DNA of 64,000 nt from Vulcanimicrobiota bacterium (GCA_963733295.1 CAVTCS010000003.1:32001-96000); one strand, 5' to 3'; shown: positions 30,714 through 41,786, counted from the stretch's first letter. Notes: generated by a model from the letters alone, not told the origin. Translations and numbers: made by a program.

Positions 30714-32376
30714 ATGATCACGCCGTCCGACCTCACGCCGATTCCACTCTTCGCAGCGCTTACGCCGGCGCAGATTGCGCGCATTGCGGGCCGCGCTGCC
30801 GACATCCGCGTCAATGCCGGCGAGTGGTTCGCGGCCGGAGGGCGATTCGGCCAATTTCTGGGCGCTCTTGGAGGGCGAAGTCGAAGCGCTGAAGACCGTC
30901 GGTGGCGTTTTGACCCAAGCGACCACCTTCGATCCCGGCGAGTACTTTGGTGAAGTTCCGCTCATTCTCGGCATGCCGGCCTTCGGTGGCTTGCGGGCGC
31001 TGAAGCCATCACGGCTGGCCTGTATCGATGGGAGCGACTTTCACGCGATGTTGATCGAGTCGCCCCAAGCCGCGACGATTCTCGGACAGTCCTTGGCTCG
31101 CCGCGTGAACTTCATTCGCGACGCATACGCAGCGGCCACGTTGACGCAAGCGACGATCATCGGCGACCCCTACAATTTCGCATGCCACGATCTGCGCGAC
31201 TTTCTCGCGCGCAATCAGATCGCGTTCGAGTGGCTCGACCCGACCGATCCGGGCGATAAGACCTGCTGCCCGCCTGAGGTCCTCGCGGCCGGCGACTACC
31301 CCGCAGTCGTCTTGTCCGACGGCCGCGTTCTGTATTCGCCAAGTCTGCGCCAACTCGCGGAAGGACTCAAACTCGATACGCATCCTTCCGGCGACGACTA
31401 CGATGTCGTGATCATCGGGGGCGGTCCAGCCGGTTTGGCGGCGGCGGTGTACGGCGGCTCGGAAGGGCTTCGAACGATGATGATCGAGCGCGAAGCGCCG
31501 GGCGGCCAAGCCGGGACGTCGTCGCGTATCGAGAACTATCTGGGCTTTCCCGGCGGAATTTCCGGAAGCGATCTCGCGAACCGGGCCTTTCGGCAAGCGA
31601 AGCGCTTCGGCACCGAAATCATCGTCACGCGCTGGGTCGAACAAGTCGATGCCACGCCGGACGGACACGTCGTCCGGCTCGACGGCGAGGACGCCGTGAA
31701 AACCAAGACGGTCGTCCTCGCGACCGGCGTCACCTGGCGCCGGCTCGAGGCCGAGGGCGCCGAACGGCTTGTCGGGCGCGGCGTCTACTATGGTGCCGCT
31801 CGAACCGAAGCGCTCAGTACTCGCGGTAAAGACATCTTCCTCATCGGAGGCGGAAACTCGGCGGGCCAGGCGGCAATGTTCTTTTCCAACTACGCGCGCA
31901 GCGTCACGTTGCTGATTCGCGGGACCTCACTCGAAAAGAGCATGTCGTCCTACCTCATCGAGCAGCTGCGCTCGAAGAAAAACATCGCCGTCGAAACCGA
32001 AACGACGGTCGTGACGGTCGCCGGAGACCCGCACATCGAAACGATCTCGACGCGCGACGAACGCACGCGTGCCGTGACGCAGCGGCACGCGGACGCGCTC
32101 TTCACCTTCATCGGTGCCGACGCCGACACGTCGTGGCTGGGGTCCAACATCGAACGCGACAAACTCGGCTACGTGCTCACCGGGCGCGACATTGCCCACT
32201 GGACTCAATCGCGCCCGCCCTACCCGCTCGAAACGAGCGTGCCCGGCTTCTTTGCGGTGGGCGACGTTCGCAGCAGCTCGATCAAGCGCGTCGCGTCCGG
32301 CGTCGGCGAAGGTAGCGTCGTCATCGCGCACATCCACCAATACCTCGAAGCGCTCCGCGCGCGCGTTCCGGCCTAG
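30714..32376 (+). CDS. cNMP-binding domain + thioredoxin reductase-like FAD oxidoreductase, one frameshift near 30835
   Basis: IPLFAALT...GEWFA joins EGDSANFWALLEGEV...GEYFGEVPL in another frame; GGGPAGL, SRIENYLGFP, GGGNSAGQAA, FAVGDVR. Confidence 0.85.
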
Positions 32377-32386
32377 CCCGCGACTC

Positions 32387-33451
32387 GTGACGAGTTATCA
32401 GCTGACGGCTTTGGGCGAACCGCTCCAGCGCGTTGAGCGTGAGATTCCGCGCCCCGAAGGCAGCGACGTGTTGTTGCGCGTCCTCGCATGCGGCGTCTGT
32501 CACAGCGACGTGCACCTCGCGGCGGGGTACTTCGATCTGGGCGGCGGTCGCCGCATGGATCTGTCGGATGGGTTGCGCCTTCCCCGAACTCTCGGGCACG
32601 AAATCGTCGGCGAGATCGTGGCGGCCGGACCCGGCGCCGATGTACGCATCGGCGACCGCAAGCTGATCTATCCGTGGATTGGGTGCGGCCGCTGCGCAAC
32701 GTGTGCCTCCGGTGACGAACATCTCTGCTCGCGCACCCAGACGCTCGGTCTCGCGCGCGACGGCGGTTTCAGCGACTACGTCATCGTTCCGCATCCGCGG
32801 TACTTGCTCGACTTCAGCGTGCGCCCGGAACTCGCCGCCACCTACGCCTGCGCGGGTCTCACGGCGTTCAGCGCGTTACGCAAGGCGGCACCGGTTTCGG
32901 CTTCGCGTCCGCTGCTGATCGTCGGTGCCGGCGGCGTGGGAGGCGCGGCGCTTCGCTTGGCGCAGTTGATGTACGACGTGCAGCCGGCCGTTGCGGACAT
33001 CGACGAGTCCAAGCGCGAAAACGCACTTCGCAACGGGGCGGCCTTAGCGCTCGATCCGCGCGATGCGGCCGCGCTCAAGGCGGCCCGCGCCGAAACGGAG
33101 GGTGGCTTTGCGACGGCGATCGATTTCGTCGGCTCGGAGTCCTCGGTCGAGTTCGCGCTTTCGGCGGTGCGCAAGGGTGGCAAGGTCATCATCGTCGGAC
33201 TCTACGGCGGCGCGCTGCAGATTGCGTTGCCGCTGATCCCGCTCCGCGCGATCTCGATCGTCGGTTCGTACGTCGGATCGCCGGCCGAGTTGCGCGATCT
33301 GCTCGCCCTCGCCGCGAGCGGCTCGGCACCCGAGATTCAGATCGAAACTCGTCCACTCATGGACGCGCAGGACGCGCTCGAAGGGCTCCAAAACGGCCGC
33401 GTTCTCGGCAGAACCGTGCTGCTCGCGCAAGCGGGAGCTGCCACCCGGTGA
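32387..33451 (+). CDS. Zinc-dependent alcohol dehydrogenase
   Basis: CGVCHSD, GHE, CGRCATC...C, GAGGVG; start GTG 32387. Confidence 0.93.
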   Translation: MTSYQLTALGEPLQRVEREIPRPEGSDVLLRVLACGVCHSDVHLAAGYFDLGGGRRMDLSDGLRLPRTLGHEIVGEIVAAGPGADVRIGDRKLIYPWIGCGRCATCASGDEHLCSRTQTLGLARDGGFSDYVIVPHPRYLLDFSVRPELAATYACAGLTAFSALRKAAPVSASRPLLIVGAGGVGGAALRLAQLMYDVQPAVADIDESKRENALRNGAALALDPRDAAALKAARAETEGGFATAIDFVGSESSVEFALSAVRKGGKVIIVGLYGGALQIALPLIPLRAISIVGSYVGSPAELRDLLALAASGSAPEIQIETRPLMDAQDALEGLQNGRVLGRTVLLAQAGAATR

Positions 33452-36400
33452 GCTTCCATCCGCTCGTGGCCGATTGGTTTGCCGAGCGATACGGTCCGCC
33501 CACGGAGCCGCAGATCGAAGGTTGGCCGCTCATTCGCGCCGGTCGCGACGTGCTTATTGCGGCGCCGACCGGCTCGGGCAAAACGCTCGCAGCCTTTACG
33601 ACCGCGCTCGATGGGCTCGTCCGGCGCGCCGCGGAGGGCCCGCTACCCGATCGAACGGCGATCGTCTACGTCTCGCCCCTCAAGGCACTGACCAACGACG
33701 TTCGCAAGAACCTCGAAACGCCGCGCGAAGAGCTGCTCGCGCTCGCGCAGGCGCGCGGCCTCGAGCTTGCCGAGTTACGGACGGCCACGCGCACCGGCGA
33801 TACGACGCAGGCCGAGCGCGCCCGAATGCTGCGCAAGCCGCCGCACGTTTTGGTCACGACGCCGGAATCGCTCTTCATCTTACTGACGGCGGAAAAATCG
33901 CGCGCGCTCTTCACGCACGTCGAGACGGTGATCGTCGATGAGATCCACGCGATGGCAGCCGATAAGCGCGGCTCGCATCTCGCCCTGACCTTGGCGCGGC
34001 TCGATGAGCTCGTCCTGCGCGGGGGCGGCCCAAAGCCGCAGCGGATCGGGCTTTCCGCGACGGTGCGGCCGCTCGAAACCGTCGCCCGGTTCCTAAGCCC
34101 TCAAGCCGCGATCGTGGATGTCGGACACCGCCGCGAGATGACGCTCGCGGTCGAAGTCCCCAAGGACGAGCTGGGAGCGGTCGCGAGCGGTGAGTTGTGG
34201 GCCGAAACGTACGACCGTTTAGCCGAACTTATCGCGGCGCACCGCACGACGCTGGTCTTCGTGAGTACTCGCCGGATGAGCGAGCGGGTCGCTTTCGCGC
34301 TGACGACGCGTCTCGGCGAGGGATTCGTCCTGCCACATCACGGCAGTCTTGCTCGCGAGATTCGATTCGATACCGAGCATCGCTTGAAGAGTGGTGAGCT
34401 GCGGGCCGTGGTCGCGACGGCGTCGCTCGAGCTCGGCATCGACATCGGCTCGATCGATCTGGTCGTGCAGCTCGGTTCGCCGCGCTCGATCGCGGTCGCT
34501 CTGCAACGCGTCGGGCGCTCCGGTCATTGGGTCGGGGCGAAGCCGGAAGGACATCTGTTTCCCACGACCCGCGACGAGCTGATCGAGTGCGCTGCGATCG
34601 TCCGGGCCGTCCGCAGCGGGGCCCTCGACGCGCTGTCGATCCCGAAGGCGCCGCTCGACATCCTCGCGCAGCAGCTCGTCGCCTTTTGCGCTACCGACGA
34701 TTGGAACGTCGAGAGGCTGTTCGAGACGGTTCGCAGTGCGTACCCGTACCGCGACCTTCCGCGAGCCGACTTCGACTCGGTCATCGACATGCTTGCCGAC
34801 GGAATCGCGACCTCGCGCGGACGAAGCGGTGCGTACTTGCACCTCGACCGCGTCAACGGACGCGTTCGGGCACGGCGCGGTGCACGCATCGCTGCCATCA
34901 CCTCCGGCGGCGCGATTCCCGAAACCGCGAACTACAACGTCGTCGTGGAACCCGACGGGCATATCGTCGGCACGATCGATGAAGACTTCGCGATCGAAAG
35001 CATGGCCGGCGACATTTTCTTGCTCGGCGCGACGTCGTGGCAGATCCGGCGCGTCGAGGCCGGCGCGGTTCGCGTCGCCGACGCGCACGGTGCGCCGCCC
35101 ACGATTCCGTTTTGGAACGGCGAAGGCCCCGGCCGTACGATCGAACTCTCGCACGAGGTCGCCGGCGTGCGGGCGGCAATCGACGAACGCGACGACGTCG
35201 CGGCGCAAACGTTCCTCGAGACGGAGTGTGGCCTGGATGCCGCCGGCGCCGTTCAAGCGATCGATTACGTGCGCGCCGGCAAGGCGATTCTCGGCGTCGT
35301 TCCGACCGACGTGACGCTCGTGGCGGAGCGTTTCTTCGACGAGTCGGGCGGGATGCAGCTGATCCTGCACACGCCTTTCGGGGCGCGGGTGAATCGGGCG
35401 TGGGGTTTGGCGCTGCGCAAGAAATTCTGCCGCTCGTTCAATCTCGAACTGCAGGCGGCTGCTACCGACAACGGTGTCGTCCTCTCGCTGACCGATCAAC
35501 ACGCCTTTCCGCTCGAGATCGTGTTCGAGTTCGTCAAGTCCGCCAGCGTCGAGCAAACTCTGACGCAGGCGCTCTTGACCGCGCCGATGTTCGGAGCGCG
35601 CTGGCGCTGGAACGCGACCCGCGCGCTCGCGATCCTGCGCATGCGAGGCGGCCGCAAAGTGCCGCCGCAACTCCAGCGGATGCGCGCCGAAGATCTGCTG
35701 GCGTCGTGTTTTCCGGACGCCGCAGCCTGCGGCGAAAACCTGACCGGACCCATGCGCATCCCGGACCACGTCCTCGTGCGCGAGACGATTGCGAATTGCT
35801 TGCACGAAGCCATGGATCTCGACGGGCTGCTGGACATTCTGCATCGGATCGAAAGCGGCGCGATTCGCACGGTCGCCGTCGACACGCCCGAGCCGTCGCC
35901 GTTCTGTCACGAGATTCTCAACGCGAATCCCTATGCGTTCCTGGACGACGCACCGCTCGAAGAACGGCGCACGCGAGCCGTCGTAACGCGGCGCTCGACG
36001 AGGGTCGATGGCGAACTCGGTATCCTCGATCCCGCCGCGATCGAAGAAGTCGCAGAGCTTTCGTGGCCGCTCGTGCGCGACGCCGACGAACTTCATGACG
36101 CGCTTACGACGCTCGTCGTGCTGCCTCCGATCGAAGGCTGGCGCGCGTGGTTCGAAGAGCTCGTTGCGACGCACCGCGCGACGACCCTCGACGCGGGCGG
36201 CGTGCCACTCTGGACCTGCGCCGAGCGGCTCGATCTGGCGCGCGTGGCGTACCCGGATGCCGTCGCGACACCCGACATCGCGGCCGTGCGCTCGACGCAA
36301 GCGCTGCCCGAACGGCGCGAAGACGGCTTTTCCGAAATCTTGCGTGGCTGGTTCGAATCGTGCGGGCCGGTCACGACCGACGAACTCGCGACGCGCTTCG

Positions 36401-37530
36401 CGGTCGACCCTGAAACGATCGAGATCGCGCTCATTCGCCTGGAAACCGAAGGTCAGATTCTGCGCGGCCATTTCCGCGGTCCCGCCGACGAATGGTGCAA
36501 CCGGCGCGTTCTCGCACGAATCCATCGCTTGACCCTCGGTACGCTGCGGCGCGAGATCGAGCCGGTAAGCACGGTGCAGTACGCGCAATTCCTCCAACGC
36601 TGGCAGCACGTCGCGCCCGCCTCGCGCTTGCACGGCGTCGACGGAACGCTGCACGTCATCCGGCAGCTCGAAGGCTACGAGATCCCGGCGGCGGCGTGGG
36701 AGGCGAGCGTGCTGCCGTTGCGAGTTGCCGGCTACCGGCGCGAGTATCTCGACACGCTCTGTTACTCGGGCGACGTGATGTGGGGACGCTTGTCGTCGCA
36801 TTCGGCACTCGATGTCGAGCCCGGCGGCCCTCGCCGCCGCATCCGGCCGACGAAGCTCGCACCGATCGCGCTCTTTACGCGAGCCGAAGCGGCTTCGCTG
36901 TTGACGCGCAGGGAGTTCGACCGCGAGATTCTCTCGCCGGCAGCCCGCGCTGTCTTCGAAGAGATCGAACGCAGCGGGGCGCCTTTCTTCGGCGACATCG
37001 TGCGCAGCACGAAACTTCTTCCCGCGGAAATCGAAGAAGCACTCTGGCAACTGGTCGTCGCCGGACTCGTGAGCGCCGACGGGTTCGATGCGCTGCGCTC
37101 GTTGACCGATCGAAAGCGGAGACTCGGTGAGAAGGGGCTCCGCGCGCGCCCGCGCTCGTCAAGCGGGCGCTGGACCCTCCTTCGCTCCGAGACCGAAAGC
37201 ATCGACGTCGAGGCATTCGCACGGCGGCTCTTGTCGCGCTGGGGCGTCGTGTTTCGCGACGTCGTCAAGCGCGAGACGCTCGCTCCGCCGTGGCGCGAAC
37301 TCCTCGGCGCATTGCGGCGAATGGAAGCGCGCGGCGAGATTCGCGGAGGGCGCTTCGTCGCCGGCTACACCGGCGAACAATTCGCATTGCCCGAGGCCAT
37401 CGACGCGCTGCGCGCCGTGCGGCGCGACGGCGACGTTCCCAGGATCGAAGTGCCGGCGTACGACCCGTTACATCTAGCTGCGACGCTCGTGCCGGGCGCT
37501 GCCTTGCGCCCGCTCCGTTCGGTTTCATAA
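33448..37530 (+). CDS. lhr: Lhr family ATP-dependent helicase with C-terminal winged-helix/glycosylase-like region
   Basis: APTGSGKT, SPLKAL, DEIH, GLSAT, HHGSL, LELGIDIG, QRVGRSGH, IRGGRFV. Confidence 0.93.
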   Translation: MSFHPLVADWFAERYGPPTEPQIEGWPLIRAGRDVLIAAPTGSGKTLAAFTTALDGLVRRAAEGPLPDRTAIVYVSPLKALTNDVRKNLETPREELLALAQARGLELAELRTATRTGDTTQAERARMLRKPPHVLVTTPESLFILLTAEKSRALFTHVETVIVDEIHAMAADKRGSHLALTLARLDELVLRGGGPKPQRIGLSATVRPLETVARFLSPQAAIVDVGHRREMTLAVEVPKDELGAVASGELWAETYDRLAELIAAHRTTLVFVSTRRMSERVAFALTTRLGEGFVLPHHGSLAREIRFDTEHRLKSGELRAVVATASLELGIDIGSIDLVVQLGSPRSIAVALQRVGRSGHWVGAKPEGHLFPTTRDELIECAAIVRAVRSGALDALSIPKAPLDILAQQLVAFCATDDWNVERLFETVRSAYPYRDLPRADFDSVIDMLADGIATSRGRSGAYLHLDRVNGRVRARRGARIAAITSGGAIPETANYNVVVEPDGHIVGTIDEDFAIESMAGDIFLLGATSWQIRRVEAGAVRVADAHGAPPTIPFWNGEGPGRTIELSHEVAGVRAAIDERDDVAAQTFLETECGLDAAGAVQAIDYVRAGKAILGVVPTDVTLVAERFFDESGGMQLILHTPFGARVNRAWGLALRKKFCRSFNLELQAAATDNGVVLSLTDQHAFPLEIVFEFVKSASVEQTLTQALLTAPMFGARWRWNATRALAILRMRGGRKVPPQLQRMRAEDLLASCFPDAAACGENLTGPMRIPDHVLVRETIANCLHEAMDLDGLLDILHRIESGAIRTVAVDTPEPSPFCHEILNANPYAFLDDAPLEERRTRAVVTRRSTRVDGELGILDPAAIEEVAELSWPLVRDADELHDALTTLVVLPPIEGWRAWFEELVATHRATTLDAGGVPLWTCAERLDLARVAYPDAVATPDIAAVRSTQALPERREDGFSEILRGWFESCGPVTTDELATRFAVDPETIEIALIRLETEGQILRGHFRGPADEWCNRRVLARIHRLTLGTLRREIEPVSTVQYAQFLQRWQHVAPASRLHGVDGTLHVIRQLEGYEIPAAAWEASVLPLRVAGYRREYLDTLCYSGDVMWGRLSSHSALDVEPGGPRRRIRPTKLAPIALFTRAEAASLLTRREFDREILSPAARAVFEEIERSGAPFFGDIVRSTKLLPAEIEEALWQLVVAGLVSADGFDALRSLTDRKRRLGEKGLRARPRSSSGRWTLLRSETESIDVEAFARRLLSRWGVVFRDVVKRETLAPPWRELLGALRRMEARGEIRGGRFVAGYTGEQFALPEAIDALRAVRRDGDVPRIEVPAYDPLHLAATLVPGAALRPLRSVS

Positions 37531-37559
37531 TCTAACGCGAATCGCTCGTGCGCGAAGAG

Positions 37560-37574
37560 TTCCGCGATGCGGAA
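37560..37574. promoter_or_regulatory. Palindromic operator candidate
   Basis: TTCCGC-GAT-GCGGAA upstream of the aminotransferase operon. Confidence 0.5.
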
Positions 37575-37646
37575 TAAAGCGGAGCGGACTATCGCTGAAA
37601 AAGCTCGTAGTTTGAGAGCAATATTCCAGCGAAGGTGCCTCGAGAT

Positions 37647-38843
37647 ATGAGCAATCGTAGCGGCCGTCACTTTTTGCAGATTCCTGGACCGACGAACGTT
37701 CCAGATCGCGTTTTGCGTGCGATCGATCTTCCGACGATCGACCATCGCGGTCCGGAGTTCTCGAAACTCACCCTCGAAATTCTGGACGGTCTCAAGACGA
37801 TCTTCAAGACGAGCGGACCGATCGTCATCTATCCCGGCTCGGGTACCGGTGCGTGGGAAGCGGCGCTCGTCAATACGCTATCGCCGGGCGACCGGGTCCT
37901 GATGTTCGAGACCGGCTGGTTTGCGACGCTCTGGCGCGAAATGGCGGAGCGGCTCGGTCTCGTCGTCGATTTCGTCGCCGGTGATTGGCGCCACGGCGTC
38001 GATCCGAACGAGGTCGAGAAGCGGCTCGCGGCAGATTCGCAAGGCCGCATCAAGGCGGTGCTGGTCGTTCACAACGAGACGTCGACCGGTGTAGCGAGCC
38101 GGATTCCGGAAATTCGCGCTGCCATCGATCGCGCGAATCATCCCGCCTTGTTCATGGTCGATACGATCTCGACGCTAGGATCGATGGACTATCGCCACGA
38201 CGAGTGGGGCGTCGACGTGGCGGTGGCCGGTTCGCAAAAGGGATTGATGCTGCCGCCTGGGCTCAGCTTCAACGCGATCTCCGCCAAGGCGCGTCAAGCC
38301 GCGTCACGCTCGCGCTTCCCGAAGTCGTATTGGAACTGGGAACCGATCCTTAAGGCGAACGAAGACGGCTTCTGGCCATACACGCCGGCTACGAACATGC
38401 TGTACGGCCTGCGCGAATCGATCGCGATGCTCAACGAGTGGGGTCTCGAAGCGGTCTTCGAGCGGCACGCGCGACTTGCCGAAGCTACGCGGCGTGCGGT
38501 GAATGGCTGGGGTCTCGAACTGTTGGCTCTCGATCCGCGCGAATACTCGAACTCCTTGACGGCGGTGCTGGTTCCGGAGCATCACGACGCCGACCATCTC
38601 CGAGCGACGATCCTTGAAAATTTCGACATGTCGCTCGGGGCCGGTCTCGGCCGCTTGAAAGGGCGAGTTTTCCGGATCGGACATCTCGGTTACTTCAACG
38701 AACTCATGCTCGCCGGCACGCTATCCGGCGTGCAGATGGGGCTCGAGCTGGAAGGCATCCGTCACGGTGACGGCGTCTCTCCAGCTCTCGCGCACTTGAC
38801 GAGCGCGGCGGGTCGCCCGAGTTCGGAATTGGTCGGCGCTTAA
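37647..38843 (+). CDS. sgaA: Serine/alanine-glyoxylate aminotransferase (class V PLP enzyme)
   Basis: GRHFLQIPGPTNVP, SGTGAWEAA, VHNETSTG, GSQKGLMLPPG, FRIGHLG. Confidence 0.85.
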   Translation: MSNRSGRHFLQIPGPTNVPDRVLRAIDLPTIDHRGPEFSKLTLEILDGLKTIFKTSGPIVIYPGSGTGAWEAALVNTLSPGDRVLMFETGWFATLWREMAERLGLVVDFVAGDWRHGVDPNEVEKRLAADSQGRIKAVLVVHNETSTGVASRIPEIRAAIDRANHPALFMVDTISTLGSMDYRHDEWGVDVAVAGSQKGLMLPPGLSFNAISAKARQAASRSRFPKSYWNWEPILKANEDGFWPYTPATNMLYGLRESIAMLNEWGLEAVFERHARLAEATRRAVNGWGLELLALDPREYSNSLTAVLVPEHHDADHLRATILENFDMSLGAGLGRLKGRVFRIGHLGYFNELMLAGTLSGVQMGLELEGIRHGDGVSPALAHLTSAAGRPSSELVGA

Positions 38844-38859
38844 CAGCGCGACCCGATTC

Positions 38860-41745
38860 GTGAATCTCGAAGAACGGCTACGGCGCGATCTCGAGGGCGA
38901 GGTTCATTTCGATGCGTTCACGCGTGGCCGATACAGCACCGACGCCTCGATCTATCAAATCGATCCGATCGCGGTCGTGCTCCCCAAATCGGTCGACGAC
39001 ATCGCGGCGACGATCGACGCGTGCCGCGCGGCAGGCGTCCCGCTGGTTCCGCGCGGCGCCGGCACCTCGCAATGCGGTCAGACGATCGGTCGCGGCGTCA
39101 TCGTCGATACGAGCAAATTCCTCGACCAGCTTCTCGCAATCGATACGGGAGCGAAAACCGCGACGGTACGACCCGGCATCGTCCTCGATCGCCTCAACCG
39201 GCAGCTGAAGAAGCACGGGCTGTTCTTTCCCGTCGATCCTTCGACGGCGAACCGCGCGACCATCGGCGGCATGACAGCCAATAACAGCTCGGGCGCGCGT
39301 TCGATTCGATACGGAACGATGGTCGACAACGTGCGTGCAATCGATGCGACGCTCGCCTCGGGCGAGAACTTTCACTTTGCCGATCTGCCCTCGAACCTCG
39401 CCGAGCTTCCCGACGAAGCCTATCGTAAGCTCGCGACGGCGGTCCGGAGCATCGGGTTACGCGAAGCCGGCGAAGTAGCGGCGCGCTTTCCGAAACTGCT
39501 GCGTCGCGTCGGCGGCTACAACCTCGACACGATCGCGCCGGAAGGACACAACCTCGCGAAGCTGCTGGTCGGGTCCGAAGGAACGCTGGCCTTCTTTACC
39601 GCGATCGAGCTCGAGCTTGCGGACATCCCCCGCCAGCGCGTGCTGGGTCTCTGCCGGTTTCCGACGTTCTACGACGCGATGGATGCACCGCGGCACCTCG
39701 TTACGTTGGAGCCGGTTGCGGTCGAGCTGGTCGACCGGACGATGCTCGAGCTCGCGCGCCAGATCCCGCTCTTCGCACCGACGATCGAAAAGTTCGTTCC
39801 CGGCGATCCGGCTGCGCTGCTCCTGGTCGAGTTCGCGGGCGACGAGCTCTCCGTCCTGACGCGCAAGCTCGAAGAGCTCGCAGCGATGATGGAAAGCTTA
39901 GGCTTTCACGCTGCCGTCGTGCCACTGACCTCAGCTGCCGACCAGACGGAGATGTGGGACGTGCGCAAAGCCGGGCTCGACATTATCTCGTCGATGCGGG
40001 GCGACGGCAAGCCGGTCTCCATCGTCGAGGATTGCGCGGTCGGCCTCGAGGACTTGGCCGAATTCACCAAAGCTTTGAACGAAGTCTTCGCGCGCTCCGA
40101 GGTGGAGGCGACCTGGTACGCGCACGCTTCGGTCGGATGTCTGCACGTTCGCCCCGTTCTCAATATGAAGAGCGCGGACGACGTGGCGAAATTCCGCGCC
40201 ATCGCGGAAGAAGGCTTTGCGCTCGTACGGCGCTACCACGGCTCGCACTCGGGCGAGCACGGCGACGGAATCCTGCGTTCAGAATTCCACGCGCAAATGT
40301 TCGGCGACCGGCTCGTCAGCGCGTTCGAAGAGATCAAGGACACGTTCGATCCTGCCGGCACGATGAACCCGGGCAAGATCGTGCGAGCACCGCGCATGGA
40401 CGACCGGTCCCTGTTCCGCTACAAGCCGGACTACGCAAGGCTCCCGATCCGTCCGGTGCTCGATTGGTCGAGCTGGCCCGGCGGGTACAGCGGCGCGGTT
40501 GAGATGTGCAACAACAACGGCGCGTGTCGTAAAGATGAGGGCGTGATGTGCCCGTCCTTCATGGTAACGAAGGACGAGGAGCACTCGACTCGCGGCCGCG
40601 CCAATACGCTGCGCTTGGCGCTCAGCGGCCAGCTCGGTCCAAGCGCGTTTACGTCTGAAGACATGTACGCAACGATGGATCTCTGCATCTCGTGCAAAGC
40701 GTGCCGCCGCGAGTGTCCGACCGGCGTCGACATGGCGAGGATGAAGATCGAGTTCCTGCACCAATATCATCGACGGCACCGGCGACGTTTGCGGGACCGG
40801 TTCTTCGCCCATTTGCCGCACTTCGCGGTCCTCGTGAGCGGCGTCCGTTGGCTGGCCAACGCGGGAACCCGTTTCGGACCCTTGCGTAGCATCGGCGAGA
40901 GGTTGATCGGCATCAGTTCCCGGCGCAGCTTGCCGGCTTGGCAGCGTAGGGCATTCGACGCTCGCGGCTCCGGCCGAAACGTTGCGAGCGCTGCCGGCCG
41001 CGACGTCGTGCTGCTCGTCGATACGTTCAATACGTATTTCGAACCAGCCAATGCCCGCGCCGCCTACGATGTGTTGCGGGCCGCCGGCTACAACGTCGTG
41101 CTGCCAATGACGCATGGCCGTCCGCTGTGTTGCGGTCGCACCTTTCTTTCAGCGGGTCTGATCGATCACGCGCGCTCGGAGCTGTGGCGCACGCTCAGCA
41201 CGCTGCGGCCGTACGTCGAGCGCGGCGTCCCGATCGTCGGACTCGAACCCTCATGCCTGCTGACCTTCCGCGATGAGGCACTCTTGTTGTTGCCCGGTCC
41301 GGAATCGAAGGTGTTTTCCGAGCACTGCTTTCTGCTCGAGGAGTTTTTGGCCCGGGAAGAAGCGGCGGGCAACCTGCGCCTCGAGCTCAAACCGCTGAGC
41401 GGCGGCGTACGACGCGCGGTCGTCCACGGGCACTGCCATCAAAAAGCGTTCGGCGCGATGCCGGCGGTGCAGCGGGTGCTGGGCCTCATCCCCGAGCTGA
41501 CGGTCGAGGTCATCGACGCCGGCTGCTGCGGGATGGCAGGGACTTTTGGTTACGAGGCCGAGCACTTCGATACGTCGATGCAAATGGCCGAACTGAAGCT
41601 CTTGCCTGCCGTCCGGGCGACGGACGAAGCGACGATCGTCGTCGCCGACGGCGTGAGTTGCCGCCACCAAATCCGCGACGGGGCGCAGCGCGAAGCGCTC
41701 CACGTCGCTCGCGTCCTCGCCTCCGCAATCGGAGTTGGCTCTTGA
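38860..41745 (+). CDS. FAD-binding and Fe-S oxidoreductase (fused GlcD/GlcF-like 2-hydroxyacid dehydrogenase)
   Basis: PRGAGTS, GSEGTL, HASVGCLH, SGEHGDG, CNNNGAC, CISCKACRREC, HGHCHQ, CCGMAG. Confidence 0.92.
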   Translation: MNLEERLRRDLEGEVHFDAFTRGRYSTDASIYQIDPIAVVLPKSVDDIAATIDACRAAGVPLVPRGAGTSQCGQTIGRGVIVDTSKFLDQLLAIDTGAKTATVRPGIVLDRLNRQLKKHGLFFPVDPSTANRATIGGMTANNSSGARSIRYGTMVDNVRAIDATLASGENFHFADLPSNLAELPDEAYRKLATAVRSIGLREAGEVAARFPKLLRRVGGYNLDTIAPEGHNLAKLLVGSEGTLAFFTAIELELADIPRQRVLGLCRFPTFYDAMDAPRHLVTLEPVAVELVDRTMLELARQIPLFAPTIEKFVPGDPAALLLVEFAGDELSVLTRKLEELAAMMESLGFHAAVVPLTSAADQTEMWDVRKAGLDIISSMRGDGKPVSIVEDCAVGLEDLAEFTKALNEVFARSEVEATWYAHASVGCLHVRPVLNMKSADDVAKFRAIAEEGFALVRRYHGSHSGEHGDGILRSEFHAQMFGDRLVSAFEEIKDTFDPAGTMNPGKIVRAPRMDDRSLFRYKPDYARLPIRPVLDWSSWPGGYSGAVEMCNNNGACRKDEGVMCPSFMVTKDEEHSTRGRANTLRLALSGQLGPSAFTSEDMYATMDLCISCKACRRECPTGVDMARMKIEFLHQYHRRHRRRLRDRFFAHLPHFAVLVSGVRWLANAGTRFGPLRSIGERLIGISSRRSLPAWQRRAFDARGSGRNVASAAGRDVVLLVDTFNTYFEPANARAAYDVLRAAGYNVVLPMTHGRPLCCGRTFLSAGLIDHARSELWRTLSTLRPYVERGVPIVGLEPSCLLTFRDEALLLLPGPESKVFSEHCFLLEEFLAREEAAGNLRLELKPLSGGVRRAVVHGHCHQKAFGAMPAVQRVLGLIPELTVEVIDAGCCGMAGTFGYEAEHFDTSMQMAELKLLPAVRATDEATIVVADGVSCRHQIRDGAQREALHVARVLASAIGVGS

Positions 41746-41786
41746 CGGGCCGCCACCGCGTAACAGCGTTCGAAGGAGTTTGACAC

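Noticed and set aside
30825..30845. Programmed frameshift in the reductase gene
   Set aside because: No slippery heptamer; lies in an indel-rich patch.
34219..37050. 943-aa antisense ORF
   Set aside because: Mirror frame of lhr caused by high GC3; no family signal.
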